From NCBI GenBank assembly GCA_033762915.1, contig JANRLD010000057.1:1-61229 (forward strand): DNA of 61,229 bases. Reading direction: 5' to 3'. The position numbers and the translations under genes were made by a program. Below the pieces are notes generated by a model, which was given only the letters and a program-made list of their open reading frames with translations, did no database searches and was not told the origin of the DNA. Source of the DNA: Meiothermus sp. GTDB lineage: Bacteria > Deinococcota > Deinococci > Deinococcales > Thermaceae. Of this stretch, positions 1 to 10,025 are shown piece after piece. The stretch's first letter is position 1. Each line of letters starts with the position of its first letter.

Positions 1-52
1 GCGCTGTCCAACTGGGGTTGCCGCCTGTCGTTTCAGGTCTTAGTGCTAACAT
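1..52 (-). CDS. 5' end of a gene running off the left edge (MLALRPETTGGNPSWTA...), product unknown
   Basis: Minus-strand ATG at 52 with GGAGG (complement of cctcc 62-66) 9 nt upstream; frame is open to the window edge. Confidence 0.5.
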   Translation of the reverse strand, partial: MLALRPETTGGNPSWTA

Positions 53-293
53 ATCCCAGAGCCTCCGTTCGCTTTGAACTCGCATTTACAGCTTACGGTT
101 GGCTCTTTCCTTTGGCCTACACTACATACGCGCACCCCTCATACCGAATCAACGTAAACACTGATGCATCAGTTTTCCCGAGGTATCGTCAGAGACGAAA
201 ATCTGCGCGAAATGAAGGGATGCATTCAGGGTAATTCGGTATCAGATACTTAGCGCACATCTCCGCACCCGGCAATTCGTGGGGGGTTGTCTT

Positions 294-349
294 TTGACCT
301 TGGACTTTTGACCCTCAACCCCCGACCCTCAACCCTCGACCCCCGACAT
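294..349. repeat. Eight tandem degenerate heptamers (TYRACCC type)
   Basis: ttgacct tggactt ttgaccc tcaaccc ccgaccc tcaaccc tcgaccc ccgacat read directly. Confidence 0.85.
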
Positions 350-384
350 ACCCCCATAGACATACTCCGTAGTAAGATTACGCC

Positions 385-1614
385 GTGAACAAACCCATCC
401 AGACCACCCCCGCAGCCCTTCGGCGGTTGATTCTGGCCCAGCAAGGGCTGCTGCGCTGGCGGGGCGGGCGGGGGCGGTGGGCCGAGGGGGTGCCGTGGCT
501 CGATCAGCCCGCCTCGACCCTTGAGGCGATTAAGCGGCTCGAGGCCGTCCAGCTCGACCCGGTAGCGGTGGTGGAGCGCAACCATCACCTGGTGCTGTGG
601 AACCGGGTCAAGAACTATCAGCCCAAGATGCTCGAGGCGCTCTACCCACAGAAGCGGGTCTTCGAGTACTGGGCCCAGGCCCGCTGCATTCTGCCGCTGG
701 AGGACTGGGGCATCTTCGGCTGGCGGCGGGAGCGGTGGGGTCTCGAGCGAACCATCGAGGGGATGATGGTTCACAACCGCCACGAGGGCTACGCCCGCGA
801 GGTGACAGAGGCGGTGGAGTACATCCGGCTCCGGCTGGCCCAGGAGGGCTCGCTGCCCGCGCGCGCACTGGACACCGGCAAGCGGGTGCGGAGCTACTGG
901 GGCTTCACCGCCAAGGCCAGCTCGCAGGCGGTCGAGCACCTGTGGGAGGCGGGCGAGATCGTGGTCTCGGAGCGGCGCGGCGAGGAGCGGTTTTACGCGC
1001 TGGCCTCGAGCTGGCTGCCCGCCACCCCCGGCGGAGAGAGGGCCAAAGATCACGCCGCGCTGCTGCGGGACAAGCTGGTGAAGTTCATCCGGGCCTACGG
1101 GGTAGTGGATGCCTCTGACCCGCGCCTGGGCTGGCGCAACTGGCCGCCCGGCGAGCGCAAGGCCGAACTCGAGGCCCTGCTCAAGTCCAAGGCCATCACC
1201 CCGCTCGAGATTCAAGGCTTGCCGAACAAGCGCAGGTATTTCTTGTGGGGCGAGTTGGCGGAGATGCTCGAGGGAATCGCCCCCGCCAAGGTCTCGCCAC
1301 GGGTCTGGTTCCTGCCCCCACTAGACAACCTGCTGTGGCGGCGCGAGCGCATCGTCGACCTGTTCGGCTTCGACTACAAGTGGGAGATCTACGTGCCCGA
1401 GCACAAGCGCAAGTACGGGCCGTACATCCTGCCGATCCTCGAGGGCGAGCGCTTCGTGGGCCGGTTGGATGCGCGCATGAACCGGGCCGAGGGGCGCTTG
1501 GAGGTCCGGCGCATTTTCTGGGAAACCCCGCCCGACGAGTGCCGCGTGGCGCGGGTGCAGAAGGCCCTCGAGAGGTTTGGCTCGAGGCTGGGGGTGGCGG
1601 TACAACTGCCTTAG
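385..1614 (+). CDS. YcaQ/AlkZ-family (HTH_42) interstrand-crosslink DNA glycosylase
   Basis: QLD catalytic-type motif (AVQLDPVAVVERNHHL), FLPPLDNLLWRRER, YKWEIYVPEHKRKYGPYILPIL. Confidence 0.85.
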   Translation: MNKPIQTTPAALRRLILAQQGLLRWRGGRGRWAEGVPWLDQPASTLEAIKRLEAVQLDPVAVVERNHHLVLWNRVKNYQPKMLEALYPQKRVFEYWAQARCILPLEDWGIFGWRRERWGLERTIEGMMVHNRHEGYAREVTEAVEYIRLRLAQEGSLPARALDTGKRVRSYWGFTAKASSQAVEHLWEAGEIVVSERRGEERFYALASSWLPATPGGERAKDHAALLRDKLVKFIRAYGVVDASDPRLGWRNWPPGERKAELEALLKSKAITPLEIQGLPNKRRYFLWGELAEMLEGIAPAKVSPRVWFLPPLDNLLWRRERIVDLFGFDYKWEIYVPEHKRKYGPYILPILEGERFVGRLDARMNRAEGRLEVRRIFWETPPDECRVARVQKALERFGSRLGVAVQLP

Positions 1615-1677
1615 CCACCTCTCGAGAATCTCCAGATGATGCAGCTCTTGCAGCGCCCAGGCTCGAGCCCTCCCCAG

Positions 1678-1736
1678 AAACGCGATAGGGAGTACATTAC
1701 TTGCCGCCGCGAGGTAATGGTGGGAAAGGCGATTAG
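1678..1736 (-). mobile_element. Degenerate family-B MITE-like end
   Basis: Minus strand reads TAATCGCCTTTCCCACCATTAC, matching the left end of the copies at 20146, 32735 and 47076. Confidence 0.5.
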
Positions 1737-1767
1737 AGCCGCTACGTAGGCGGTTCACGATGGTTAC

Positions 1768-2088
1768 CTTGCAAAGAAGGCCAGAACCGGCAAACTCTCG
1801 CCCGAGGAGATCGCGGGCTCGAGTTTCTCGGTCACCAACATCGGCTCCATCGGCCCGCTCTTCAGCTTCCCCATCATCAACGTACCGGACGCGGCGATCC
1901 TGGGCATCCACAGCATCCAAAAACGCCCGGTGGTCAATGACAATGACGAGATCGTGGTCCGCCAGATGATGTACCTCTCCCTGAGCTTCAACCACCGCCT
2001 GGTGGACGGGGCCGAGGCGGCCAGGTTCTGCAAGGAAGTGATCCGCCTGCTCGAGAAGCCCGAACGATTGATGCTCGAGGCGCCTTAA
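1768..2088 (+). pseudogene. 3' fragment of a 2-oxo-acid dehydrogenase E2 (dihydrolipoamide acyltransferase)
   Basis: Translates LAKKARTGKLSPEEIAGSSFSVTNIGSIG...PIINVPDAAILG...MMYLSLSFNHRLVDGAEAARF...*; in-frame TAG at 1747 and no start codon; catalytic DHRxxDG reads NHRLVDG. Confidence 0.85.
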
Positions 2089-2241
2089 GAAGTGCCGGTT
2101 TCGGCCCAGGTCGATGACCGGTGGCAGTAACCCAGATCTGCCGGGCCAACAGACCAGCACCGCAGACGTTCAGCCGTGGACAGGGCGAGCCCGCCCGGAC
2201 GGTCACCTCCCCAGCCTACCCACCAAGAGCGTCCGCACTGT

Positions 2242-4479
2242 TCAGTTGTAAACCCGTACCTCCATGATCTCGGCCCTGGGGCTGCCGTTGGTGGCGGTGA
2301 CCACCACCCGTACGGCGCTGGTCTGCACGCCGCCCAGCCTGTGTACGCGCCGGCGTTGGCGGTTGTCTTCGACGCTCTCCAATACCTTCCAGCCTTGCGG
2401 GGTGCAGACCTCAAGGCGGTAGGCTCTTACGAGGTCAGGGATGACCCGCCAGGGGGCGCGGTGGTGGTGCAGGTTGATCAGGTCTTCGTTCACGTCGTCG
2501 TTAAAGGTAAGGCAGAGCTTGCCCACGGTCTGCGGCTGGGACCAGCGTAGCTCGAGCCACTCCTCGCGGCCCGTCCGCAGGGGCCGGGAGACCCAGCAGT
2601 TGGGGCCGCCGTAGGGACGGGCATAGCCGTTCACCACTTGCCGGGGCGCGTAGACATCGGTGGGCTGGGGCAGCCGCACACAGGGTGATCGGCGGTTGAG
2701 CGGCTTGGGGTTCCACCGGCGCAGCGGTTGGGTGTTGTGGCCCTCGTTGGGATCACCAGAGGTCAGGCTAGTGCTGTGGATGAAGCCCTTCACCCCGGTG
2801 AGTGGGGTTTCGGAGAGGTGAATCGATAGCACGGGGTTGGCTTTGATCACCAGGAACAGGTTCTGGTGCTGGATGGCCTCGAGCCGCAGGGGCACCTCGA
2901 CCCACTGGCTTGCGCCGGGTGAGAGGGGAACACTTGCCGCGAAAATCTTCCGATGCGGGATGTAGTTCTGCGGCTTGCCCGTGTCCCACACTTCCAGCTC
3001 GAGCACGGTCGGGCTGCTCACGTCCAGCAACACCTGCACCGAGGACGGGGCTTGGTCAACTGGCACCAGGATACCCAGGTCTTGCTCAAGCGCCAGGGCA
3101 CGATCCGCGCCGCAGACCTCCACCTGCGCCTGGTGGCTTGAGGCGGTCACACTGGCCTGGGGTGCCAGATCGTGGGGGTCGAGGTTGCGTGCGCCGATCA
3201 GCGAGGCATCGTGCTTGAGCAGGGTCTGTACCAGAGTCTGGCGGTGCTCTTGGGAGAGGCCACGGGGGCTGACCTGGTGCTCGAGGCACAGCGCCGCAGC
3301 CGTGCCTGCGGCCTCGCCCAAGGTGGCGCAGGTCGCCATCACCCGGGTCGAGCCGAAGGCTACGTGTGAGGCCGAGATGTTGCGGCCCGCGAAGAGCAGG
3401 TTGGCGACGTTACGTGAGTAGAGGGTGCGGTAGGGGATCTGATACACGCCGTCGGAGAACAGGTGCCGGCTGCCCGACTCGTAGCTGAAGACCCCTTGGG
3501 GTGGGTGCAGGTCGATGCTCCAGCCACCGAAGGCCACTGCGTCGTCGAACTCGCTCTGGTTCACGATGTCCTGCTGGCGCAGCACGAAGTCGCCCAGGAA
3601 GCGGCGCGACTCCCGCTTGCCGGGGATTGAGCCGACCCACTCGAGGGTCATCGAGGCGGAGTCGGGGAAGCGCCCGGAGTTCTTGATGTAGTCCCAGATG
3701 CCGTACACCACCGCCCACAGCTCATCGCGGATGCGCTCGTTGTCGTGGATAGTGTCCAGCTCGCCGCCCCACTCAATCCACCAGTAGTGACAGCCGTTGT
3801 CCCCGCTGCGGATGATGCGCTTCTCGGGGATCGAGGTTTTGGTGATGTCTATGGCGAAGCTGGGAGCCACAAAGGGTACGGGGCGGCCCGCGTCCTTGGT
3901 GTAGAAGAGGATGGTCGAGCCCAGAACGGACCGGTCGGCCACCTCGGGTGCCCAGTCCTCGCCGTACTCCGCCCTAGCCTCGCGGCCCACCCGGTACTCG
4001 GCCCCGGCCAGCCAGCCCACCAGTCCGTCGCCGGTGCAGTCCAGGAAGAGTGGGCTCTCGAAGGTGTGCTCGAGCTCGGCCCCCATCTGCCAGCCCGTCA
4101 CGCTGCGGATGGTCTGTGTGTCGCGCATGGCCAGGTGGTGCACGTCGGTGTTGAGGAAGAGGCGGATGTTGGGCTCGCGCCGGACCGCCTCGAGCAGCAC
4201 CAGGTCCCACAGATAAGGGTTGCCCTCGGGGTTGGTGTACTCGTTCTCGAGGAACAGCTCCCCCATGATGCCGGTCTCGCGGGCGTAGCGCTGGGTGCCG
4301 TGGGCGGTGGCCGAGGACACCCAGACCCGCACCTCAGAGGAGGAATTTCCTCCCAGCACCGTGCGGTTCTGGATTAGGGCCACCTGCCGGCCCATGCGGG
4401 CGGCGGCGATGGCGGCGCACACACCCGCCAGCCCACCGCCGATCACGGTAATCTCTGGAGTGTGGAATTCGGTCTTCAT
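2242..4479 (-). CDS. FAD-dependent oxidoreductase (FAD_oxidored family) with C-terminal discoidin/F5-8-like domain
   Basis: VIGGGLAGVCAA, LGGNSSSE, FLDCTGDG, GKRESRR, SHVAFGSTRVM; start trimmed to MKTEFH. Confidence 0.85.
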   Translation of the reverse strand: MKTEFHTPEITVIGGGLAGVCAAIAAARMGRQVALIQNRTVLGGNSSSEVRVWVSSATAHGTQRYARETGIMGELFLENEYTNPEGNPYLWDLVLLEAVRREPNIRLFLNTDVHHLAMRDTQTIRSVTGWQMGAELEHTFESPLFLDCTGDGLVGWLAGAEYRVGREARAEYGEDWAPEVADRSVLGSTILFYTKDAGRPVPFVAPSFAIDITKTSIPEKRIIRSGDNGCHYWWIEWGGELDTIHDNERIRDELWAVVYGIWDYIKNSGRFPDSASMTLEWVGSIPGKRESRRFLGDFVLRQQDIVNQSEFDDAVAFGGWSIDLHPPQGVFSYESGSRHLFSDGVYQIPYRTLYSRNVANLLFAGRNISASHVAFGSTRVMATCATLGEAAGTAAALCLEHQVSPRGLSQEHRQTLVQTLLKHDASLIGARNLDPHDLAPQASVTASSHQAQVEVCGADRALALEQDLGILVPVDQAPSSVQVLLDVSSPTVLELEVWDTGKPQNYIPHRKIFAASVPLSPGASQWVEVPLRLEAIQHQNLFLVIKANPVLSIHLSETPLTGVKGFIHSTSLTSGDPNEGHNTQPLRRWNPKPLNRRSPCVRLPQPTDVYAPRQVVNGYARPYGGPNCWVSRPLRTGREEWLELRWSQPQTVGKLCLTFNDDVNEDLINLHHHRAPWRVIPDLVRAYRLEVCTPQGWKVLESVEDNRQRRRVHRLGGVQTSAVRVVVTATNGSPRAEIMEVRVYN

Positions 4480-4498
4480 TAGGTTCCGTTGCGGTGGC

Positions 4499-5518
4499 TC
4501 AGCTGCCGGGCGCAGAGGTGGAACTCCGCACCACCAACTCGGGGCGCAGCCTGGAGAGGGCGGGGGGCCCCTCGCCGCGCAGCAGGGCCAGCAGGTGCCG
4601 GGCTGCCCGGGCCCCCATCTCCAGCATCGGGTAGTGCAGGGTGGTGAGGGCGGGGAAGCAGAAGCGGGCCAGTGTGCGGTCGTCAAAGCCGATCACCGAC
4701 ACCGTGGCGGGCACCTCCAGGCCGGCCTCCCTCAGGGCCGCGATGGCCCCCAGGGCCAGCTGGTCGTTTCCGGCGAAGAGCGCGGTGAACTCCCCCCGCC
4801 CCAGCAGGCGCTTGCAGGCCAGGTAGCCGCCGTCCTCACTGAACTCGCTCTCCACCACCAGCCACTCCAGCGGCTCCAAGCCGGCCTCGCGCAGGGCGGT
4901 GCGGTATCCGTCCAGGCGCTCGCGCGCGCCGGGGCGCTCCAGCGGACCCGCGATGTGGGCGATGCGGCGGTGGCCCAGGTCGAGCAGGTGGCGGGTAGCG
5001 TCGTAGCCGCCCCGCACGTTGTCGAGGCGCAGGCAGTGCGGCTCGAGCTCGGGGATCAGACGGTTGATCAGCACCAGCGGGACTCGCTGCTCCATCTGCC
5101 GCAGGATGGCCGCATCGTCGATCTGGTCGGCCAGCAGGATCAGGCCGTCCACCTGCCGCTCGCGGAACAGCTCTAGGGCCTGGGCCTCCTCCCCGGGGTC
5201 GTCGTGGCCCAGCGAGCAGAGCAGGTGCATCCCCTCGCGTCGCAGCTCGCGCTCGACGCCGGTGACAATCTTGCCGTAGAATTCATCCTCGAGCTGCGGC
5301 ACCAGCACCCCGAAGACCCCAGTCTGCTGGCCCAGCAACCCCCGCGCGAAGGGGTTGGGGCGGTAGTTGTGACGCGCGATCACCGCCCGTACCCGCTCGG
5401 CTTTGTCGGCCCTGACCCCTGCGGTCCCGTTGAGCACCCTGGAGACCGTTGCAGGCGAGACCCCCGCCTCGCGGGCGATATCCAGAATGGTCAGGTCTTG
5501 GTCGGGAGGACGGTTCAT
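4499..5518 (-). CDS. LacI-family transcriptional regulator
   Basis: LTILDIAREAGVSPATVSRVLN HTH, YRPNPFARGL, sugar-binding domain with VIGFDD. Confidence 0.95.
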   Translation of the reverse strand: MNRPPDQDLTILDIAREAGVSPATVSRVLNGTAGVRADKAERVRAVIARHNYRPNPFARGLLGQQTGVFGVLVPQLEDEFYGKIVTGVERELRREGMHLLCSLGHDDPGEEAQALELFRERQVDGLILLADQIDDAAILRQMEQRVPLVLINRLIPELEPHCLRLDNVRGGYDATRHLLDLGHRRIAHIAGPLERPGARERLDGYRTALREAGLEPLEWLVVESEFSEDGGYLACKRLLGRGEFTALFAGNDQLALGAIAALREAGLEVPATVSVIGFDDRTLARFCFPALTTLHYPMLEMGARAARHLLALLRGEGPPALSRLRPELVVRSSTSAPGS

Positions 5519-5522
5519 AATC

Positions 5523-5536
5523 TGAAAACGATTTCA
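5523..5536. promoter_or_regulatory. LacI-type operator (autoregulatory)
   Basis: TGAAAACGATTTCA imperfect palindrome next to the LacI start. Confidence 0.7.
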
Positions 5537-5640
5537 ATCTAAACGGTAGCACCTCGGGCGAGGGTTTGTCAAACCTAAACGGCGAATCAAGCGAAAAGTC
5601 AAACCTAAAAGATAAAAAACCGATTCGAAAAGAAAGACAC

Positions 5641-5691
5641 TTGACACAGATAGAGTGCCATGCTACGTTTACAATTGAAAACCTTTTCAAT
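5641..5691 (+). promoter_or_regulatory. Sigma70 promoter of the ABC operon with a downstream LacI operator
   Basis: TTGACA-17 nt-TACGTT with extended TG; operator ATTGAAAACCTTTTCAAT at 5674-5691. Confidence 0.8.
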
Positions 5692-5740
5692 ACCCCGGCG
5701 GGGCCAGGCCGAAACCAGACGGCCGGGAAATGGAGGAGCC

Positions 5741-7081
5741 ATGAAGCATTGGATTAAGTGGGGCTTGGCGGCAGCAGCGGCGGCGGGGCTAGGGATGGCG
5801 CAGGGCTGGACCCTCGAGGCCGCCGCCACCCCCTACAAGGGCAGCAAGGTCAGCCTGGTCACAGTGGCCTGGCCCGACGCGATCAGGGCCCTGGCGGCCG
5901 ACTTCACCCGGCGCACCGGCATCGAGGTCGAGGTGACCCAGATCCCAGGCTCACAGATTCTAGAGAAGACCCTGCTCGAGCTGCGCAACAGGGGCACTGC
6001 CTTCGACCTCTACACCGCGACCTACAAACGCCCCTACACCCAGGCCAGGGTCACCCTGTCGCTCAATGGCTTCTTGGCCGACCCCAAGCTGGCCGACCCC
6101 ACCTGGAACCCCAACGACTTCGTGCGCTACAGCCAGTTCGCCACCGACCCCGACAGCCCCAAGCAGATCGTGGGCATACCCTTCGGGGCCAGCGGGATGG
6201 CCATGTTCGTGCGCAAGGACCTGTTCGCCAACCCCGCCTACCGGGCCGCCTTCAGGGCCAGGTACGGTCGCGAGCTCGAGGCCCCCAAGACCTGGAAGGA
6301 GCTCGAGCAGACCGCGGCCTTCTTCAGCGAGGCCGACTTCAAGTCCTTCAGCGGCGCCAAGGGCGTCGGCATCGCCATGCAGCTCACCCGCAGCGGCGAC
6401 GGCCTGATGTGGTGGTACGCGCTGGCCAGCGGCGGGCTGGCCCTCGAGGGTGACAAGACCCGTATCTCGGCCTTGCTGGACAAGCAGAACCGCATGGCCG
6501 CCGAGCGCTACTCCCAGCCGGCCCTAGAGCTCATCCAGCGCCTCAGCAAGTTCGCCCAGCCGGCTGCCTTGCAGGCCGACGACACCGCCGCGCGTGAGCT
6601 GTTCCTGGGCGGCGGGGCCGCCATCGTGCTGACCTGGGATTCCTTCCTGGGGCGCCTAGACAGCGGCCAGATTGCCGGCAGGTGGGAGCTGAGCCCCATC
6701 CCCAGCCGCACCCTTCTGGGCGGTTGGGCACTGCACCTTAACCCCAACTCCAAGAACCAGCAGGCAGCCTTCCTCCTGGCCCAGTTCCTCAGCAGCAAGG
6801 AGAGCGACCTTAAGATGTTCGAGCTGGCGGGCCGCTACCCTGCGCGGGCCAGCAGCTACAACTCGGCCACCTACCGCAAGGTCAACCCCTTCGGCGACAT
6901 CTTCGCCCTGTCCAAGTCCGGCGGCATCGCCCAGTGGGACAGCATCGCCAGCACCCAGTTCAACGCCACGGTCGCCGAGAAGCTCTCGCTGATGCTGGCC
7001 GGTCAGCTCACCCCAGGCGGCGCCAACGAGGGGCTCAAGACCGCCATCGCGCGGGTGCTCGAGGACGCCGGGCTGCGCTAG
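5741..7081 (+). CDS. Carbohydrate ABC transporter substrate-binding protein
   Basis: GGAGG RBS, signal peptide ending GMA|Q, FTRRTGIEVEV, MFVRKDLF, PKTWKEL. Confidence 0.9.
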   Translation: MKHWIKWGLAAAAAAGLGMAQGWTLEAAATPYKGSKVSLVTVAWPDAIRALAADFTRRTGIEVEVTQIPGSQILEKTLLELRNRGTAFDLYTATYKRPYTQARVTLSLNGFLADPKLADPTWNPNDFVRYSQFATDPDSPKQIVGIPFGASGMAMFVRKDLFANPAYRAAFRARYGRELEAPKTWKELEQTAAFFSEADFKSFSGAKGVGIAMQLTRSGDGLMWWYALASGGLALEGDKTRISALLDKQNRMAAERYSQPALELIQRLSKFAQPAALQADDTAARELFLGGGAAIVLTWDSFLGRLDSGQIAGRWELSPIPSRTLLGGWALHLNPNSKNQQAAFLLAQFLSSKESDLKMFELAGRYPARASSYNSATYRKVNPFGDIFALSKSGGIAQWDSIASTQFNATVAEKLSLMLAGQLTPGGANEGLKTAIARVLEDAGLR

Positions 7082-7107
7082 CTAGCCCCCGGGCCCTCAG
7101 GTGTGTC

Positions 7108-8052
7108 ATGAGCCAGCGCAGCTACCCGACCCGAGCCAAGCCACTGCCGGGCGGCCCCCGCCGCCCCTGGCACCAGACCGACGCCGCGTTCGGGTGGCTG
7201 CTGCTGGCCCCGACGCTGCTGCTGCTGGTCGCGGTGAGTCTCTACCCGGTGGTGCGCATCCTCCAGCTCACTTTCTATCGCTGGAACTACGCCCGCTCCG
7301 AGTCTCCCGAGGGCTTTGTCGGCCTGCGCAACTGGGAGCGGCTGCTCTCCGACGAGACCTTCTGGGGCTCGCTCAAGACCACCGTGGTCTTCCTGGGGAT
7401 CGCGCTGCCCATTGAGCTGGCCATCGGGCTGGGGCTGGCTTTGCTGCTCAACCGCGAGATCCGGGGGCGCGGCCTTGCCCGGGCTCTGCTGCTACCGATG
7501 ATGATGTCCCCGGTGGTGATCGCGCTGGTCTGGAAGATGATGTACGCGGTGCCGTACGGGCCGCTCAACGCCCTGCTCAAGGGCGCGGGCCTGATCGAGC
7601 AGGACCTGCTGTGGCTGGCCTCGCCAGGCTTGGCCATGACTTCGATCGTGGTCGCCACGGTGTGGCAGTGGTACCCCTTCGCCTTCCTGATCTTCTCGGC
7701 CGGCCTCCAGACCATCCCCAAGGAGGAGTACGAGGCCGCCGCCATCGACGGCGCGGGACCCTGGGCCCTGCTGCGCCACCTGATCATCCCGCACCTGGCC
7801 TCATTCCTGCTGATCATCCTGCTCTCGAGGCTCCTCGACGGCTTTAAGACCTTTGCTATTGTCTATAACCTCACTGGCGGTGGCCCCGGCGACGCCACCA
7901 ACCTGATCTCCTTCCACGTCTACCGCACCGCCTTTGCCAGCTTCAACCTGGGCTATGGCTCCACGCTGGCGGTGGCGCTAATGATCGTGATGCTGGCCTT
8001 TGCGGGCGTTGTACTGTGGATGACCCGCCGGGCGGGGGGGCGCAGCGAATGA
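7108..8052 (+). CDS. Carbohydrate ABC permease (MalF-like)
   Basis: FVGLRNW, EAA motif YEAAAIDGAG, TGGGPG. Confidence 0.93.
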   Translation: MSQRSYPTRAKPLPGGPRRPWHQTDAAFGWLLLAPTLLLLVAVSLYPVVRILQLTFYRWNYARSESPEGFVGLRNWERLLSDETFWGSLKTTVVFLGIALPIELAIGLGLALLLNREIRGRGLARALLLPMMMSPVVIALVWKMMYAVPYGPLNALLKGAGLIEQDLLWLASPGLAMTSIVVATVWQWYPFAFLIFSAGLQTIPKEEYEAAAIDGAGPWALLRHLIIPHLASFLLIILLSRLLDGFKTFAIVYNLTGGGPGDATNLISFHVYRTAFASFNLGYGSTLAVALMIVMLAFAGVVLWMTRRAGGRSE

Positions 8053-8879
8053 GCAGGAAGTTCTGGCTCCTAATCGCGGCCTACGCCGCCCTGACCCTGG
8101 CGCTGTCCGCCGAACTGATCCCGGTGGTCTGGATGCTCGCGACCTCCTTCAAGCAGGACGGGCAGTTCTTCACCGATCCCCCGCAGTGGATTCCCACCAA
8201 CCCCACTCTGGAGCACTACCGGTCGCTCTTTGCTGAGCTCCAGTTCGGGCGCTTCCTGCTCAACTCGGTGGTGGTTGCGGCGCTGACCACCTTCGGGGCG
8301 GTGGTGCTGGGGGCGCTGGGGGCCTACGCCATCGCCCGTATCCGGGTGGGCGAGCGGACCTTCATGCCCCTGCTGTTCGTCCAGCGAATGGCCCCCGCCG
8401 CCGCCATCGTCATCCCAATCTTCCTGATGGCGGCGGGCCTGGGAATCACCAACACCGTATGGGGGGTGGCTTTGGCCCACCTCTCCTTCAGCCTACCCAC
8501 CGCGGTCTGGCTGATGATCGGCTTCTTCCGCGAGCTTCCCGACTCCATCGAGGAGGCTGCGCTGATCGACGGCTGCTCGAGGCCCCAGGCCTTGTGGAAG
8601 GTTGTGCTGCCGCTCACCGCCCCCGGCCTGGCTGCGACCGCTATTCTCACCGCCATCAACTCCTGGAACGAGTTCTTCTTCGCCCTGATCCTCACCAACA
8701 CCCCCGCCTCGCAGACCCTTCCGGTGGCGCTCTCCAACCTGGTGGTGCCGATCCTCGAGATCAAGTGGGGCGCGATGGCGGCGGGCGGGGTAATCACGGT
8801 CCTGCCGGTATTCCTGTTTGCTCTGCTGGTCCAGCGCCACCTGGTCAGCGGCCTGACCGGCGGGGCCGTCAAGGGTTAG
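8049..8879 (+). CDS. Carbohydrate ABC permease (MalG-like)
   Basis: IEEAALIDGCS, WNEFFFA, GLTGGAVKG; ATGA overlap with the previous gene. Confidence 0.93.
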   Translation: MSRKFWLLIAAYAALTLALSAELIPVVWMLATSFKQDGQFFTDPPQWIPTNPTLEHYRSLFAELQFGRFLLNSVVVAALTTFGAVVLGALGAYAIARIRVGERTFMPLLFVQRMAPAAAIVIPIFLMAAGLGITNTVWGVALAHLSFSLPTAVWLMIGFFRELPDSIEEAALIDGCSRPQALWKVVLPLTAPGLAATAILTAINSWNEFFFALILTNTPASQTLPVALSNLVVPILEIKWGAMAAGGVITVLPVFLFALLVQRHLVSGLTGGAVKG

Positions 8880-8989
8880 GCGGTTACAGCCGCGCCCCGC
8901 GGGGGCAGTCAGGCTGAATACTGGGGCATGGCCGTACTGTTCAGTGGCAGCATGGACGCTCGAGTCCAAGCCGTGAACACGGAGGAAAC

Positions 8990-9901
8990 ATGAACCACTC
9001 CAAGATTGCTGTGATCGCGACCGTCTCTAGCCTACTCACCTTCGCCCTGGCCCAGCCCGGCCCCGCCGCCTACCCGGCGGACCTCAAGCCGACCCACGCC
9101 GACCTGGCCTACGCCAGTACCTCCAAGGCCCAGACCCTCGACCTGTTCGTGCCCCAGGGCAACGGCCCCTTCCCGCTGGTCGTCAACATCCACGGTGGGG
9201 GCTTTATGGCCGGCAGCAAGGAGATGCTCGACGCCCCGATCGCCCGGGCCCTGCTCAAGGAGGGCGTTGCGGTGGCGAGCATCAACTACCGGCTCTCTGG
9301 CGAGGCCCGGTTCCCCGCGGCGGTCCTGGACGCCAAGGCTGCGGTGCGCTTTCTACGGGCGAACGCCGCGCGGTATCGGCTCAACCCGGACAGGTTCCTG
9401 GCCTTCGGGCAGTCCGCCGGGGGCAACCTGGCCTCGCTGCTGGGCACCAGCGGTGGGGTGGCAGCTTTCGAAGACCCCGCCCTGGGTAACGCCGGCACCA
9501 GCAGCCGGGTGCAGGGGGTGATCGACTGGTTTGGCCCCACCGACTTCCTGCAGATGGACGCGGCCGCCAAGGCCCAGGGATGCCCCGCCGACCACGGCCA
9601 GGCCAACTCGCCGGAGTCTAAATACCTGGGCAAGCCCATCGCTGAGGTCCCCGAGTTGGTCCGGCAGGCCAATCCCATCACCTACATCGACTCCGGCGAC
9701 CCGCCCTTCCTGCTGCAGAAGGGCGACAAGGACTGTCTCATCCCCTTCGCCCAGTCCCAACTCCTCCACGATGCTCTGAGGAAGGCCGGGGTGGCGGCCG
9801 CCCTCGAGACGCTGGCGGGCGCCGGCCACGGCGGGGCGCAGTTCAGCACCGAGGCCAACGTCCGGCGGGTGGTCGAGTTCGTCAAGGCGACGCTGAAGTA
9901 G
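8990..9901 (+). CDS. Secreted alpha/beta hydrolase (HSL/BD-FAE-like esterase)
   Basis: HGGGF oxyanion motif, GQSAG nucleophile elbow, GAGHG; signal peptide; GGAGG RBS. Confidence 0.9.
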   Translation: MNHSKIAVIATVSSLLTFALAQPGPAAYPADLKPTHADLAYASTSKAQTLDLFVPQGNGPFPLVVNIHGGGFMAGSKEMLDAPIARALLKEGVAVASINYRLSGEARFPAAVLDAKAAVRFLRANAARYRLNPDRFLAFGQSAGGNLASLLGTSGGVAAFEDPALGNAGTSSRVQGVIDWFGPTDFLQMDAAAKAQGCPADHGQANSPESKYLGKPIAEVPELVRQANPITYIDSGDPPFLLQKGDKDCLIPFAQSQLLHDALRKAGVAAALETLAGAGHGGAQFSTEANVRRVVEFVKATLK

Positions 9902-10025
9902 CGGTCCTTCTGGGGCCGCTCAAGCACCATTTGCTCCCGCCCTCGGATCGTCCACAGAAGGGACGTGGCTCGGCGGGAGAATGCGATAACCATTGGGTTG
10001 TTCGCCGCTTTTGGTAGCCCTTGAC

